Source of the DNA: Neoechinorhynchus agilis
Lineage: Eukaryota; Animalia; Acanthocephala
NCBI GenBank assembly: GCA_051530055.1
Contig: CM121342.1
Location: 1,460,797-1,524,796 of the forward strand
Length of the DNA: 64,000 nt
Direction of reading: 5' to 3'
Numbering within the stretch: position 1 is the stretch's first letter; every line of letters starts with the position of its first letter. The translations under genes and the position numbers were made by a program. The notes beneath the pieces are model-generated. The model saw only the letters and a program-made list of their open reading frames with translations. It searched no databases and was not told the DNA's origin. Of this stretch, positions 36,718-50,243 are shown piece by piece.

Positions 36718-37660
36718 CTAAGTTGAACTGCCGGGCAAATACCTCTTTCGCCTTTTGGTCTGCTTAACTTCCACATCATCCGTTTGAACAAATTTGTCAA
36801 CCGTAGCACCGTCTAAACTTATTCGTTCATCAAGCTCTGATGTTAAGCCCTTTAAAGTTTGGAAAGACTGCTTTACCATTTCTTCGATTCGTACCATTTG
36901 AACCTCTCGTGATTTCCGCTCTTCGAGTTCTTTATTTAACTCCTTTATTTCGTTCTTTAGCCGATCGATAGTAGCATTACGTTCAATATCGCAGATCTCA
37001 CGCTGGTTTCTCTCGCTCGATAAAACTTTTTTCAAATCCGTATTCTCGCTTAAGAGCGTTTTGACCTTAGACTCACATTCATCGAGAGCCTCATTCACAT
37101 CAGGCAATTTTTAAAAAGACACTCCAAAGAATCGCCTGCAATACCTTGTTGCGAAATCCAGCCTTCGATTGATCACAATGAGGGCATTCTTTAGAAAGTT
37201 GCAGTCGGGGTTGGCTGACTTTTACACTAAGATCGGTAAGTGATTTAAATCGGGAAATAACAGAAGGCAGTGCAAGGAGTAAATTCTTAATGTTCTTACA
37301 AGTTTCAATTAGTTTGGTAGCTATCCGAGAAAATGCCCGTCTATGGTCTTTGATTATCTGCTGTTGTAATCTGTGTTGAGCGGCTTGTTTTGATATGAGT
37401 TGCTTAAGACTTTTAATATCTTCATTGTCAAGTGTTGGTAGAGGTAACGTAGACGATTGTTCGGCAAGGTTTCCCTTTTCTAATGCGGAAATTCCTTGGC
37501 GAAGTTGGGATGAACATTCCGATGCACTAAGGTCGATTGCGTCGGTTTGTACCGAGCAGTTAGTGTTGATGGTGTCAAGTGGTTTAGGTGGGTGGCGCAC
37601 AATAAATTTTGAGAGAGAAGAGAGTGCTTTGCGCTGAATTGCTTTAACTTCCTCGTCCAT
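36718..37660 (-). CDS. Two-exon coiled-coil orphan, ~295 aa, with basic C-terminal NLS-like tail
   Basis: Exons 37660-37145 and 37089-36718 join in frame across a 55-nt GT-AG intron; ends TKRRKRYLPGSST. An upstream exon is possible. Confidence 0.6.
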
Positions 37661-39954
37661 CTTTAAAGGAGCTAAGAGCAAGTAATGAGTGAGGTTATGT
37701 TTAAAAAATCATGCTTTTGATTGATTTAAACTAATAGCCAATTGTCTTTTTTCCAGGAGAAGTCGTTTATCCGTGGTTTTGCCTACGGTTGCATTTTTAT
37801 TTGAAGGAGAAAAATCATTTGTGTAGCAAAAATTGAAAAAACGAAGGTTGGATTTGATTCATAAAAGTAAAAAATTAGCCAATAATATTGTCATTCTTTC
37901 ACCAAAAACTTCAGTCGTACGAGAAAATAGAATAAATTGAATTTATTTAACACGTATTTTACGAGATTACGTGACTATGCTTTTTACTTGTCTTCATGAA
38001 GAATCTCATACGAAAGGGAAGGCTGTCAGCAATTGGATGATTAATCGAAATGAAAGCCGCTATTATTAGTTGGCGAAAAGAAGTTAGTTTTAGTCCGCCT
38101 GACAAATGCAATTGCTTTAGAGGACTTCTCGCTAAAACTAGTTCGTAAAATATATCTAGAAAGTTTGTGCGATGAGGAAAATTTCGGAAAAATCGGACTC
38201 TAAAGCAACGCGTTTTGACCGTCTATTTCATTACCAAAAGCAATTTTACAACTAATTAATCGTGCTTTAAAGTTTTAATAAAATTTTATAACGAGTATAC
38301 TTTTTATTTTTTAGCTCTTCTAACTACTTTTTGCAAATTCAAATAAATTATCCGAGCAAATACTTTTCAAACAATCTACATTTTACATTGAGAAAAAATC
38401 ACATTTAGTTTTTAAGGTTTTAGGCTGGATTTTCTAAAGCAATTCAATAGCTTAATACCAATTTTATTCCAATGTAATTTAAAACCCAAGCAGGAGGATT
38501 TTCTTCGGAGGAAGATACTTGTAGCTAGAAATAGCATGTGATTGCAAAATAATAAAAAATAGAATGAAACCTTATATAAATTTTAGAAAGGAACTAAAAA
38601 TCCAGTATTTATATTGGATATAGGACGTTTTGTGATCGTCTTTGCCAAAACCCTTTCAAAATATGATATCCATAATCTGGCTTCGGTGTGGTGGAAAGTA
38701 ATTTCGCCTTCAGCATGGATGCCACTCATCTGTGTCCTCAAAGGATGGCTGAAAAGAACACTTTAATAGTAAAAAGACCTTAAGGTTTGAAGTCGAACAT
38801 TTGGAAATGAAGTCGAAACATTTTTTATCCGTCTTTTATTATAAAACGATGAGATGTTCTTCAAATTTATTGAGTATTTCTTAAGAAAAAGACACGCAAT
38901 TGAGTCGATTTTGAAAAGTTGAGTTTAATCGTTTCTCTAAATCTTTTAAACTACAATAGGACAAAATAAGAAGTTGACCGGTTATATACTACATTAAGAT
39001 CCTTCAGAATGCTTTTATTAGAATTGTGGTGATGATAATCCTTGGATAAAAGATATTTGATTGATATGAGCGGACATACGTTCCCTGAACTTGGGGAATG
39101 CCATGAATCCGAGTTTTACAGTACAAAATAACTGAAACTTTTCTAGAAAACCCGAATGAGGCTTCCTCATCTTTCGAAATGTCACTCAATAAAACATGTT
39201 GAATGGTTTTTGAACATAATCCCCCGGTTAAAGATTCCTTTATTATTAAATATTTCGAAAGAAGAAACCTCGCCTCATCAATAGTCATTAACCGAAATTA
39301 TGTTCAAAAACCATTTAACACATTTACCATCCTGAAGGATATTCTTGATATGATTTCGAAAATATGTGTTTTATCCGCAATTCAAATTAAAATATAAGGA
39401 CCTTTTGTTCTTAAAGTCCTAGAATGCAATATATTCCACGTACGCACTTTAGAAAAGGTCAGCATCGTCGCAGAAAAACAGCTAACGGGGACGTGAGGAC
39501 TGGGTTGAGAGAAATGCGAAGAATGATCGACGAACTATTTTGGAGACTTCAGAAGTGATTGCGAAATATAATCAGAGTCTTAAGGTGAGTATCGCCGTTT
39601 GAACGCTGTGTGTATTTAGGTAGGGGAAATTGCACTTATGTTCAACCATGCGATCGTTTTCCATCTACGCAAGCCCTCAGGCTCAATAGCTATTCCGGTT
39701 CCACGGTATTGGTTTATTTATCCTGGCTGCCGTGTTTCTGGTGTTTAGTCGCAATCGGAGTGACAGGCTCGTCAATTTATAAGAGGTTAGTCGTATGAAA
39801 TACCAAGGCCGAAATAGTGATTTATTGCTGCGATTGTTTTATGAAGATTGTGAGTTTTAGTTTGATACTTTGGATTCAACTCGCAAAATTTGATCAACCT
39901 GAAAGTCCATCTTTCAAATGGAACACCAAACTATGTCGTAATTGTCTCTTGTGA

Positions 39955-40190
39955 GCAAAGTTTAGTGCTCGTTTATGATGGTGAAAAATTAAAAGAATTT
40001 ATTCCGATATTTCGGAAGCACAATCTTTAACGCGTTTATCAACGTTGCTAGTAAGTTTTTTAACTATGTGAGTTCGTGTCAACGGACAACCTTGATAAAC
40101 GCGTACAAGATTGTACCTCCGAAATATCGGAATTAATAAATTCTTTTAATTTTTAACCGGCATAAACAAACATCAGAATAGTTCAATATT
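39955..40190. mobile_element. MITE-like long inverted repeat with ~90-bp arms; relatives at 43465-43550 and 47575-47760
   Basis: gtttatgatggtgaaaaattaaaagaatttattccgatatttcggaagcacaatctttaacgcgtttatcaac is matched by its reverse complement at about 40088-40170. Confidence 0.85.
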
Positions 40191-43100
40191 GTCCATTTAA
40201 GTTAGGGCCAACTTTAAAAGTCTCGTCTGTACGCACTTAGATATAAATCAAAGATTATTGTACTCTGATTGAAAAAATAGTCTCAGACAGGTCACTAGGT
40301 TGATTCTCTAGATATTTAGATCCGACATTAGGACTTGCTGAGAGCGACGCAACGAAAATCGGAATCCTAATCTAGTCGTTTTCCACGATTTCGGTGCATA
40401 ATGAAGAAAGGTTTAAGCAATCTGCGAAAAGTGAACTAAGAGTGACAAAAAATATGCCTTTTTTAAACGGATTTATTTGTAGGATTTCATATCTCTATAA
40501 GTCTCGAGTCAAAATCCATACAGATTCTAGTGATTTAAACTAGATTTCATCAGTTAATTCTTGTCGCCATTCTCCGTTGTGAATGCTCCATAAAGGACGA
40601 AATGAGCATTTAACTCGAAATGGGTTTCGGCATCTCTTTTAAGACATCACTTGGGAATGATTATTTTTCTAACTAATAAATCGAGCCAATCATTCGCCAA
40701 ATTAGTGTTTGAACTTAACGTATGCTTTTAGATTTCTGTAAAACGAAATGTAGTTTATTGTGAGGGCTATAGATGAAACTTGAGAAATGTTATTCGTCCA
40801 CCTACTTCACTGAAACTTTATTTCTTTTATTTCAGTGTTAATGATTCTAATATTTCTCAATTGAACGCATCAAAACATTGTATATAATTCGTGGTTAAAT
40901 TTTTTTAATATCCATTATAGTCATATATTAAGCAATGAAATGATTCTTGTGACTTCACGATATCTGAGGAGTTCAAAATCCCAAGTCCAATTTATTTCTT
41001 TTTCAATCAAAGTTTTACAGAATGTCTTCACTGTTTTTGGTTGTTCATTTGTGATCGTGTAAGAACTTCACTTGTAAAGATTATCTGAAGATTTAGATTT
41101 GTTCTTCCTTAAAGTTCCCGAATCCGTCATTAGACTGTACTTAGTTCGATAAAGTCTATAAATTAAGTTATATAACTACGCTGTGTGTTTCCGTTAGAAT
41201 CCCACGGTTTGCTTTAAATGCAGAATTTCTTGATATTTCGTTTGAGTGCTAATTCTCTGTTTCGTAAATGTGTATGAACATTATCAAAGAGCTAAATACC
41301 CTCTGTAGAAAATGACACTTTGTTAAAGTTAGACACTAATTCCAATTCTCCTTTCGAAAATCAATGTTTTATAAATTAGCTCATTAACTCGCGTTGTCAA
41401 AACAAGTAAATAAGATTTTAACAAAAATCGAAAATATAGAAAACTAGTCCCTTTTTTGTATCGATCTTTACTCTTGCGGCGTTCGCGAGAAAAAGTTCGG
41501 TCTAAAATGTCAGGATTCCTTTTCCTTTATTCACCACAGATTTCTCATTACTTCGTGATACGTGCCAGTCACACACCGCTTCTTATATTTTTTCCTGGAT
41601 TGCTGAAGCCTATAGTTAATTCGAATTTATCGCCTGATGTTTTCTTGAGATAATTTTTAGTGTCATGCAGTCTTGTTTTTCTTTCAACAATGAAATATCC
41701 CAGTTTTTGCTTCACAATATCATCCCCCAATGTGTATAAAAGATTCGAATACCAAAATTACTGTTGAAGCCGGTTAGATTCAAAAATTGCTTCGGTAAAC
41801 GTTTTATATGCCCAAGATTAGAATTTCCCTTTATCAGTTTCGTATATCTTTAAATTCAAAACATTTAACACGATCCTTTTGTGGTGCTTTTAAATGACGA
41901 ATCTTCTGCTAGACAGTTTGTGAATACGTTTAAAATTTAAATTTAGAGTCTAAAACAGTAAAAGCCTAGTTATAGAGTCATTTGTTTAAATTTTACAAAT
42001 TGATAAATAGAATAGCCAGTTAAAATGTGCAACATTTTCTTCAAACGAGTAACACAACTCAAACTACGTTATATAACATCTTTAGCAAAATATGCTACCT
42101 GCGTTCCACAATAGTTGTCAAAATTGATGCATAATTTTTTTCCATGAAACTTTTATTACATCGCTTGCGTTAGACCGATTTTCAAGAGTAATACTTTGTC
42201 GAACAGAGTTACTTAAGACTATTTAATAAGCTTGGACACTAAAAAATAAGTGAACAAGTTCAATATTAATTTTATATCTTTTTTAAGTCCGGCTAATGGG
42301 TTACATTTATTATGTGCCTTAGGCACACAATTAACCGATATCTTGATTCAAGAAACTGGATGAAATCACACTTAATGCCCTGACCCCTACGGTTATGAGT
42401 TTGTAAACATCTCTCCGGATCCTCAGATTCCTCTTATTTCGGTTTTTCAATGTTAGAAAAACTTTTTGTATTCTTCACGGCCTCATATCATGATATTTTC
42501 CATAAATGTTTTTAGTGTTAAGAATACACTATTAAGTTTGCTTCGATTCAATTGTTTGAAGGCTGTTTCTACTGCATTAAATCACTTTTAGTCTGATGTT
42601 TCCTTCTATTAATAAAATTCGAAGTAGCCTCGAATGGTGTATAAGTTTTTTGCAACTACATTTTTCACGAAACTGAGAAGAAGAAAATGCTATTTGGTAG
42701 AAAGATAAAATGATATTGTAGATTTTTTGATTTTACCACTTCAACCAAAATAAGACTGTTCAATAACATTGTTCATAGAACCCTTATCCTTCACTACAAT
42801 CACGCGCCACGTCCCAACGAAGCGCTAACAATCTCCACAGCCGCAACAAGATGCTCTCTATACACTACATTGCTAATATTCTCGTCTCTTCAGTCAACCT
42901 AGAAACTACTTCTTAGGGTGGTGGGCATCGCGTATAACGACCATGGATGCTGGTGGCGTTGGTTGTTGTGATTTATCGAGTTTGCCGTAGCGTCGGTCGA
43001 GGTAGTTGCGATAAACACTTTACGGTTGGCTGCTGCATTTTTTGTAAGCTTGTTGCTTAGAATTTCACGGGCGGGGAAACGGCTTTAAATGCCCGTGGAA

Positions 43101-44111
43101 AATGAAATCTTCGTGAACGTTTCTTGTAGACTAGGGCCTCGGGATCTTAGAAACAATTGTGAACCGCCATTAAACCGCCAATTTAGGTAAGCAAATAAAA
43201 ACAAGTAGTTAAAATTTGATGTCAATGCTGAGGTACTCACTCCGTGGTTCAACAGGTAAGTTTTTTTTAAAATTTTCAAACTCTCGCATTCTATTCATTC
43301 GATCTCTTTGAATATGACTATTTTTTTAATACTAAATACTGCATACGAAAATTGCAAAATCTACCGGGAATCATCCATGAATACCAAAACTTTTCTTATA
43401 CTCTATTGAAGGGGAATCGCTTTTCGATATTCATTCAACTGTGAAACCTTCAAGCAACTTTGACAAAGGCACAAGATTGTGCGCCGAAATATCGGATTTT
43501 ATAAATTCTTTGAATTTTTCTGCCATAAACAAACATGAATAATTCATTTTTCAAACGATATTCATGATTTTTAATGAAATTAACAAAATTGAGACCTACA
43601 TAAATCTCCCCTGTCGAAAAGTGGCCTTAGGCTAAGCAAACTCCTCAGGCTATCAGTCGTCTCGGCTAACAGCGGCTAGAACGATATCTATTTGCAAATG
43701 GCATTAATGCGAAAATACACTTCGCTTGTAAAATTAAGAGTATCAGTTAATATCTTCGATCCTTTGAGTGTCTTTAACGAAGATAGATTTTGCGATTTGA
43801 CTAATGCGTTTTTAAAACGAAAGCGACTTTGTTGCTAGAAATAACATCTTTGGTTATTTTATCTTATTTCTCCTTTGATATAAGATTTTTCTTTATCGCA
43901 AAATTACGAAATCAGAGCGTATTCCTTTGATCTTATTTTTAAATCCCAAAGAAGAATACCATTAATTCTGATAGAATTGCCCTTTAAAGATTTGAATATT
44001 ATGCAAATTAACCATTATCCGTTGCACATTTAAAATAACTCATTCAATTGGCTCGCCTAGCCGATTGGTGATTATGCAATTGCAACCCCAATTCTAGATT
44101 CTATTCTTAAA

Positions 44112-46185
44112 ATGACTCAGCGCAAAGATCTTCAATTCGAATCTCAGCCCAACATCAGCAAACTCATTAACGGCCTTAATAGACAAACAAGTAAGCTTAA
44201 AAATCTACATTCGTCTCTATCCTCGTTAAAAAGTGTCGTTTAATACTGTAAGATTTGAGAATTTTCGTATCGCACTAAAAGTGAAAACGTTGATGAATAA
44301 GCTTAAATGTAGGTACTGTTTCATGGGAAATTGCAAATCCCCATTTTATTGTTCATAGTGACCCATCTTGACTATAAACAAGTGCTATTTCACCTAAACC
44401 AAGGTGGAATCGCTTTTGGACGAAGATCAATGAACATTTCAACTGATCAGTCAAGAACGGTACTTCGTTCAATCCTTGGAACATTATCCAAGGTTCACTT
44501 CTCAGACGTTCAACTTGACGAACTTGTCGATGCAGTCGGCGCCATTTTCGATCGGATTTTAGATATCCCAGAACTATCTCCCTCCAATCAATATCATCGA
44601 AGCGTCAATGCAAATGCATTCCGCCTTCTTTTATTCGCACTCTTAAACATGAACCTCTCAATGAAACTCATCTATTTATTTCAAATGTCTTCGTATCCCG
44701 ATACGAGTATTAGCGAAGAAAATCTTCGTATCCTTTTCACAATATTACTTCGTATTGCTCATTGCGTTGAAGCACGACCATCGGCCGCTGAGAAACTCAG
44801 AGATGATGCTTATCAGATAGCTGGAGTACTTATTAACGATCTTGTTAGTGGGCAGTTGGCTAATTTATAAACTATCACGGTGTAAAAGCATTGAGTTCTC
44901 TAGTCAATTTGCTTGATTTAAAATTTAAATTTCTTGGTGCGTTTCATGACTTTTTGTATCCAACCCATAACGTAAAATCCATGGAATAATCAACGAAATC
45001 AGTGATGCTTCTCAAAATGCCATAATTGAGCAAATATCTGTCTAAAGTTACTTTTGATATGAAATCTTTAAAGTTTTGATCTCAAGATAAATCGTATGTT
45101 TTTTCTGCCGATAACTGATTTTGTTTTATATTTCTGAAAACTGCTTTTAAGAAAATGGACAAATAAACTTATTTTGACTTTCTCTTATCCAACTTTTAAT
45201 AATGTACTTATTGACTTATTTTTAGAAGTCTTCATCCAGTAAATATATTTTTTTTATTAAAGACGTTCTGCGAACCACGTCGGGTTCATCATCATACGTT
45301 TGCTAGTTATTATACGACTCAATCGCAGAACTTTTTAATAAATGCTTTACCGAGTGAAGACTTGTAAACAATAAACCTAATCATATACTTCTTGGTTTTT
45401 GAATATTACGTCTCAGCAGTTTAGCAACTTCGTACCATTCGTGAACCAACCAGTTATTTATCTAATTATAAACTAGCCAATATGATAGGCGATCTCAGAC
45501 TTTTTCTTTGCACGAAGACGAGCAAAGTCAAGTTTCGATCGACAAGAACACTTATCTTGACTTCATGAACGATCATCGCCCGGATGCATTTGAGTGGCTC
45601 CATGCTCTTCATAAGGTTATATCCGCCAGCGGCGTGAGACATGATGCTCAATGCGATGTATGTCAAGCGTATCCCATTGCAGGACTCCGATATCGATGCA
45701 TGCAATGTCTTAACTATGACCTCTGTTCAACTTGTTATTTAACAGGAGCTTTTTCAAAAGATCATCTACCTACTCATGACATGGAGGAACATGAGAGACG
45801 GGCCACTCCCCTTGAAGATATGAAAGCTCTTTTCGGAATTGTAAAAAACAAACTTATACTGAAAAGAGATGACAATCATACAAAAAGAACCCGCAGTTTA
45901 ATGTTTGAGGGAAGACCTTCTATAAGTACGATTAGAGAATCCAAGTCTCTGGCATCGACGACCAATCGGATGTCGGCACAAAGACCTTTCTTAAAAACAT
46001 CTCAGACAAATGGGTCCCTTAAAATGCCCGTCAATGCTTCTGTTGATTGTACAACCAATCCTAATCCAACCATGAATACCACAAGGGTGATCGCTGGTCC
46101 TCGTATACAAGATGATGGTTGCGGGCTTTATGATAATGTCGTAACTGCTGGATCTCGAATATTCGGTGAGCTGGAAATTCTTTGA
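44112..46185 (+). CDS. Miniature dystrophin/dystrobrevin-family protein (EF-hand region + ZZ zinc finger)
   Basis: Exons 44112-44190, 44234-44308 and from 44359 (introns 43 and 50 nt) give SFNTVRFENFRIALKVKTL. The last exon gives YLDFM...EWLHALHKV and CDVC..YPI.GLRYRC.QCLNYDLC..C...G....H...H.MEE. Middle exons are unresolved. Confidence 0.85.
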
Positions 46186-46491
46186 ATATAATAATATCTT
46201 ATCTGTTCGTCCTTATACTTAGTTACGCTTTATCAGACTTGTCATTATAGAGATTTAGTAGATTTTGAACAGGTTAAATTCAAGTGATCTCAATGAGAAA
46301 TATTTCTTTAGATGGTTCCTTATTCAATGATCGCTTCAGTCTTTAGGTTGCTGGAAACGAAAAATGTTACTCAAATTTTACCGTTCCATTCTAAAAATCT
46401 GATTCGTAAGATTTATTATTAAAACTGAAAAAATGAAAGATTTTCCCACGGTACAAAATACAGTTTTCTATTTGGTTACTTTTCTTTACAT

Positions 46492-46790
46492 TCACCACCT
46501 CCCACCAAATTCCAGCTTTTGTCCTTCCTCGACCGTCGCCATCACGCTGGCAGCATTGCCCCGTTGTACTGCCAGCGAGATATTTTGTCGAAGAAATAAG
46601 CCTGCTCTTGAGTCTCCGGTTGCCTCTCTCAATTTCTTCGAGAGATCCTTGAGCAGAGAGAGTGCCGAGCTGCCGAGCGCTCCATACGTCTCTACCCCAA
46701 AGGGGACAAAATAGTGAGCCCTCGATAGCTGCATATATTTTCGTACCTTCCTCCCTTCCGCTGCACTGGCGGCACCACCGGCGAATCCAT
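46492..46790 (-). mobile_element. 5'-truncated CRE-clade retrotransposon, close relative of the 26.4-kb copy
   Basis: About 16 substitutions counted by eye over ~290 nt against 26371-26660; same C-terminal peptide ending QKLEFGGRW*. Confidence 0.9.
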
Positions 46791-49238
46791 ATCTAAAGAT
46801 CTCACCTAATTGCATTTCGACTTTATTAAAATTTACAAATGCCCTTAAATATGCTTGAGATACAGTACAGGTACTGGCTAACAATTTACCGCAAATGAAC
46901 GAGCGAAGAAAACGATCAACCGATTTTCCTACCAATCGTATTGAAGTCGTCGATAGATCTAGCGCAGCCGAAGCAAATGGTCCGTACGCGAACTGCTCAA
47001 ATGTCGCTCCTCAAATTCTTAGCTCCTCTACTCTACGAACCAGTTGTATGGACGAAATCGAGTCATGTACAACGATCGTTAAAAGATCAACAGGACGTAT
47101 CATTGAGACTGATTCTTCAAATCATTCCCAACGTTCCAATAATGATAGAAAAGAGTCGATTAATATGCGACTCACTCGTAGCACATTTGAAACACAAAAT
47201 TCCGGTAGCGATGCCTCTGAACTTTGCTATATGAAATCGGACGAACTATGGTAATCGTGGATGTCGTCCATAACGCCCATAGTTGCTGTGTAGACTTGTG
47301 TTCTTTGTGAGGGACGGAATTGTAGGGAAAATAAATCATTTCTACAATCGAGAGGATACCATCGGATCTCAAAATTTATCCCTTTATTTTGAAATTCCAA
47401 TCAAAGATACTATGTTTGCATAGCTTCCCATATTTTCGACTCATATTGCAAAATAAGAGTTCTGTACGCCGATTATTCCGGTACCGTTTGCTAGTTTTGC
47501 GATAAATCGAGAATATCTCAGTGTATAAAAAGCATTATCGTTGCAGCCGCTCAAATTGGCACTTGGTCAAAGAATCCTTTTGATCTGATATTTCGACAGT
47601 CTTGTGCATTTATCAAGGTCGCTTGTACGTTTTTAGATATGTCAGCTCGTGTCTAAAACTTAAAAGCAACCTTGATAGCGCGTACAAGATTGTGACAAAA
47701 TATCGGATCTAATAGATTCTTTTATTTTTTTACGCCATAAATAAACATGAATAGTTCAATCTTCATACACTTGATCATAGCTTTAAAAGTTGCAAATTTA
47801 CAATAAAAACGGTATTATGAGTTTATTTTACGAAATATTAAATTTTTTAGTAGTTATATCGGTATAAATACCTTAGTAAGCAGCTTGACAAGACATTTCG
47901 CGGCTTAAACTTTTAGCGACGTCCTTAATTTAAACGCTGCGTTTTAAATAGGTAAGATTAAACGTATTCTTTTATTTATGTTCGAATTTTTTAATTGATT
48001 TTTTACCCTTGTTAGTTGAGAAGCGATTTCCGTAACGATAACATATTGTTATATATTTTATTTTAATTGTGCTTTCTCCTTAAGCGATGTGTTATTTGCC
48101 ATCCAGCGATCTATCCTGGAAATACTTTACTGCAAAAATATAATAAGAATTTTATTTCCCAAAATATCGAAAAGCTTTAGCATAATTGCTAAAAAGAAAT
48201 ATCTTCTTTATACACGAATCATACCCAGTACATTGATAGTTGATTATTTATGTACGCTTTTATCGCCATTTTAAAAAAAATCTACAACTGTGAAATACCA
48301 ACGGTTAATAAAGATTTTTGCTTAAAACTGCCTTGTATTAATTACAACAAAAAGTGCATGCTGATCAGACGATAAAATAATGTTCAAGTGTCTTTGAGAA
48401 TCGACAACCACAAATACAATCTACGAAAATGGTATTATGACCTCATTTCATTCATTTTATTCGAAATTTACTTGCTAAACTTTTAACCCAATCAAAAATA
48501 TTGACACTGTATTTTTCTCGTATAATCATTTTTGAAATTTATTTAGCGTTTGCTATTTCTGATCATCTTTAAGATTTTCATGGGAGAATCTTATTTAATT
48601 CGTGGTAAAAATTCAATTTGAATGCATGCAAAAATACGTTTAAAATTATAAGCCTTCATTGGCACTTAAATTCTAAAATTTCCGATTTCGCTAAATATTG
48701 TTTTACTAATAAAAAAAATCACCTAAAGAAGCTACTTCTTTGTACTCATTAAATTAGGTTTTTATTTCATAAATCTTATTCATCTACAAAAACTTTAAAC
48801 ATTTTTATTTGCTCGGTAACCTTAAAACCATTTACTTGAACTGTGTTACCATATATTTTAATCTGTTAAAATCACGAAATTGCGGAGCAGCCGATTATTA
48901 TAAAGATTGCGATGATCTTTACAAAATAGACATTTTTAATCACAAGTCACCAAATTCAAGACGTAGTCTTAAATCGTTTCTTTTTTCGCACGCCATTAAA
49001 TATTAAATTCACATCGATTTACAAACGAATAGGATCTGCGCCGACGAAAATCGCTAAGCGAGAAATAAGGATAAGATTTTTAAAATTTTATCCTATGGAT
49101 ATAGTACTAGTAAAAGAACATATTTTTATTGATGAATCGCTCATAGATTTGCGGTAAAGTTCAGAGTAGACGATAATTGGCGATAAGGATAAAAATTTCT
49201 TGCAGATTTTCACTTAAAAAGAGTTTTAAAGGGCTTGT

Positions 49239-50243
49239 CTATTTATTGATAATATTTTTAATGAAAGTAACAATCATTTGGCAGTACTCAGGACAAGACA
49301 GCACCATTAGCATTGCAGAGAATGTAGGACATAGCATTGAAAAGTACCGAACAATATCGATAACTCGCTTTTGTGAGAGTGCAATTACTTTAAAGAAGCT
49401 CGCCCGGAGGATCGTATACGGAATCGAATGAATAATCATCAGTATACCGATTGCAATTTGAATAGCTGCAGTTCTGATCACTCGTTTTCTCTTGACTCTT
49501 TCCAGATCGACGCATCCATTCCCGGGAATCCTCGGTCTACAACAAACGAGCCACACTGAAGCAAAGGTGTGCGCAGGCATTTATCAACTTAATTCCTTTA
49601 GTTGAAAAAAGTCTGTTTATAAAATTGGAGAAAGAAGACCGGTTATATTTCCACTTATTACTGCAAAGTAATAATTATATTTTCCACTTATACGACAGTA
49701 AAGAACAACTTCTGGACTACAAGGATCATCGCCACGCATGTTATAATTGGGTTCCGTAAGGATCCGTGTTTCATTTATAAGTTTAATGGAAAGGATTGTA
49801 GGTAGGTGAATGACAGTGAGGACAAAAATGGATCCACTTGTAAACATGGCTAAATTTTTCTTGATAATCTGGACATGATTTCGTTTTACGAAAGCAATCG
49901 TTAACCGATCCACGGAAAGGGCGAGTAAAATGATCGAGATTAAATGGTATGATAAGAGCGATAGGAAGAAATTTGAGGAACACATAAAATTATTTTTTAA
50001 ACGAACTTGAACATTGAACACATCTGTTAAATATAAAGGTATTAGCGCCACTGTCTGGTATATACCAGTTGCTATCGTATAGGCAATCATGAAACGGTGA
50101 AAGAGTGTCTTGAATTTATGTTTGTTCAGGAAATATACGAAGAGGTTAAGAATGGTCCATCCGTAAGTAATGAAGAGTGTCAATGTACCGACCGATGCAA
50201 TAAGTATAACCGTCTTTTTTGCATCATAACATCCATTTAACAT
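49239..50243 (-). CDS. Class A-like 7TM receptor, paralog A; in-frame stops near TM5 (unresolved intron or pseudogene)
   Basis: Hydrophobic helices, Cys at the start of TM3, SVDRL at the DRY position, TM6/TM7 in ORF 49239-49580. The two ORFs share a frame, separated by 12 codons after the first stop (which include TGA TAA). Confidence 0.7.

Noticed and set aside
39430-39770. Possible spliced gene or BEL/Pao integrase tail (LK-VGEIAL...YPG)
   Set aside because: Upstream frames are closed and the motif match is weak.
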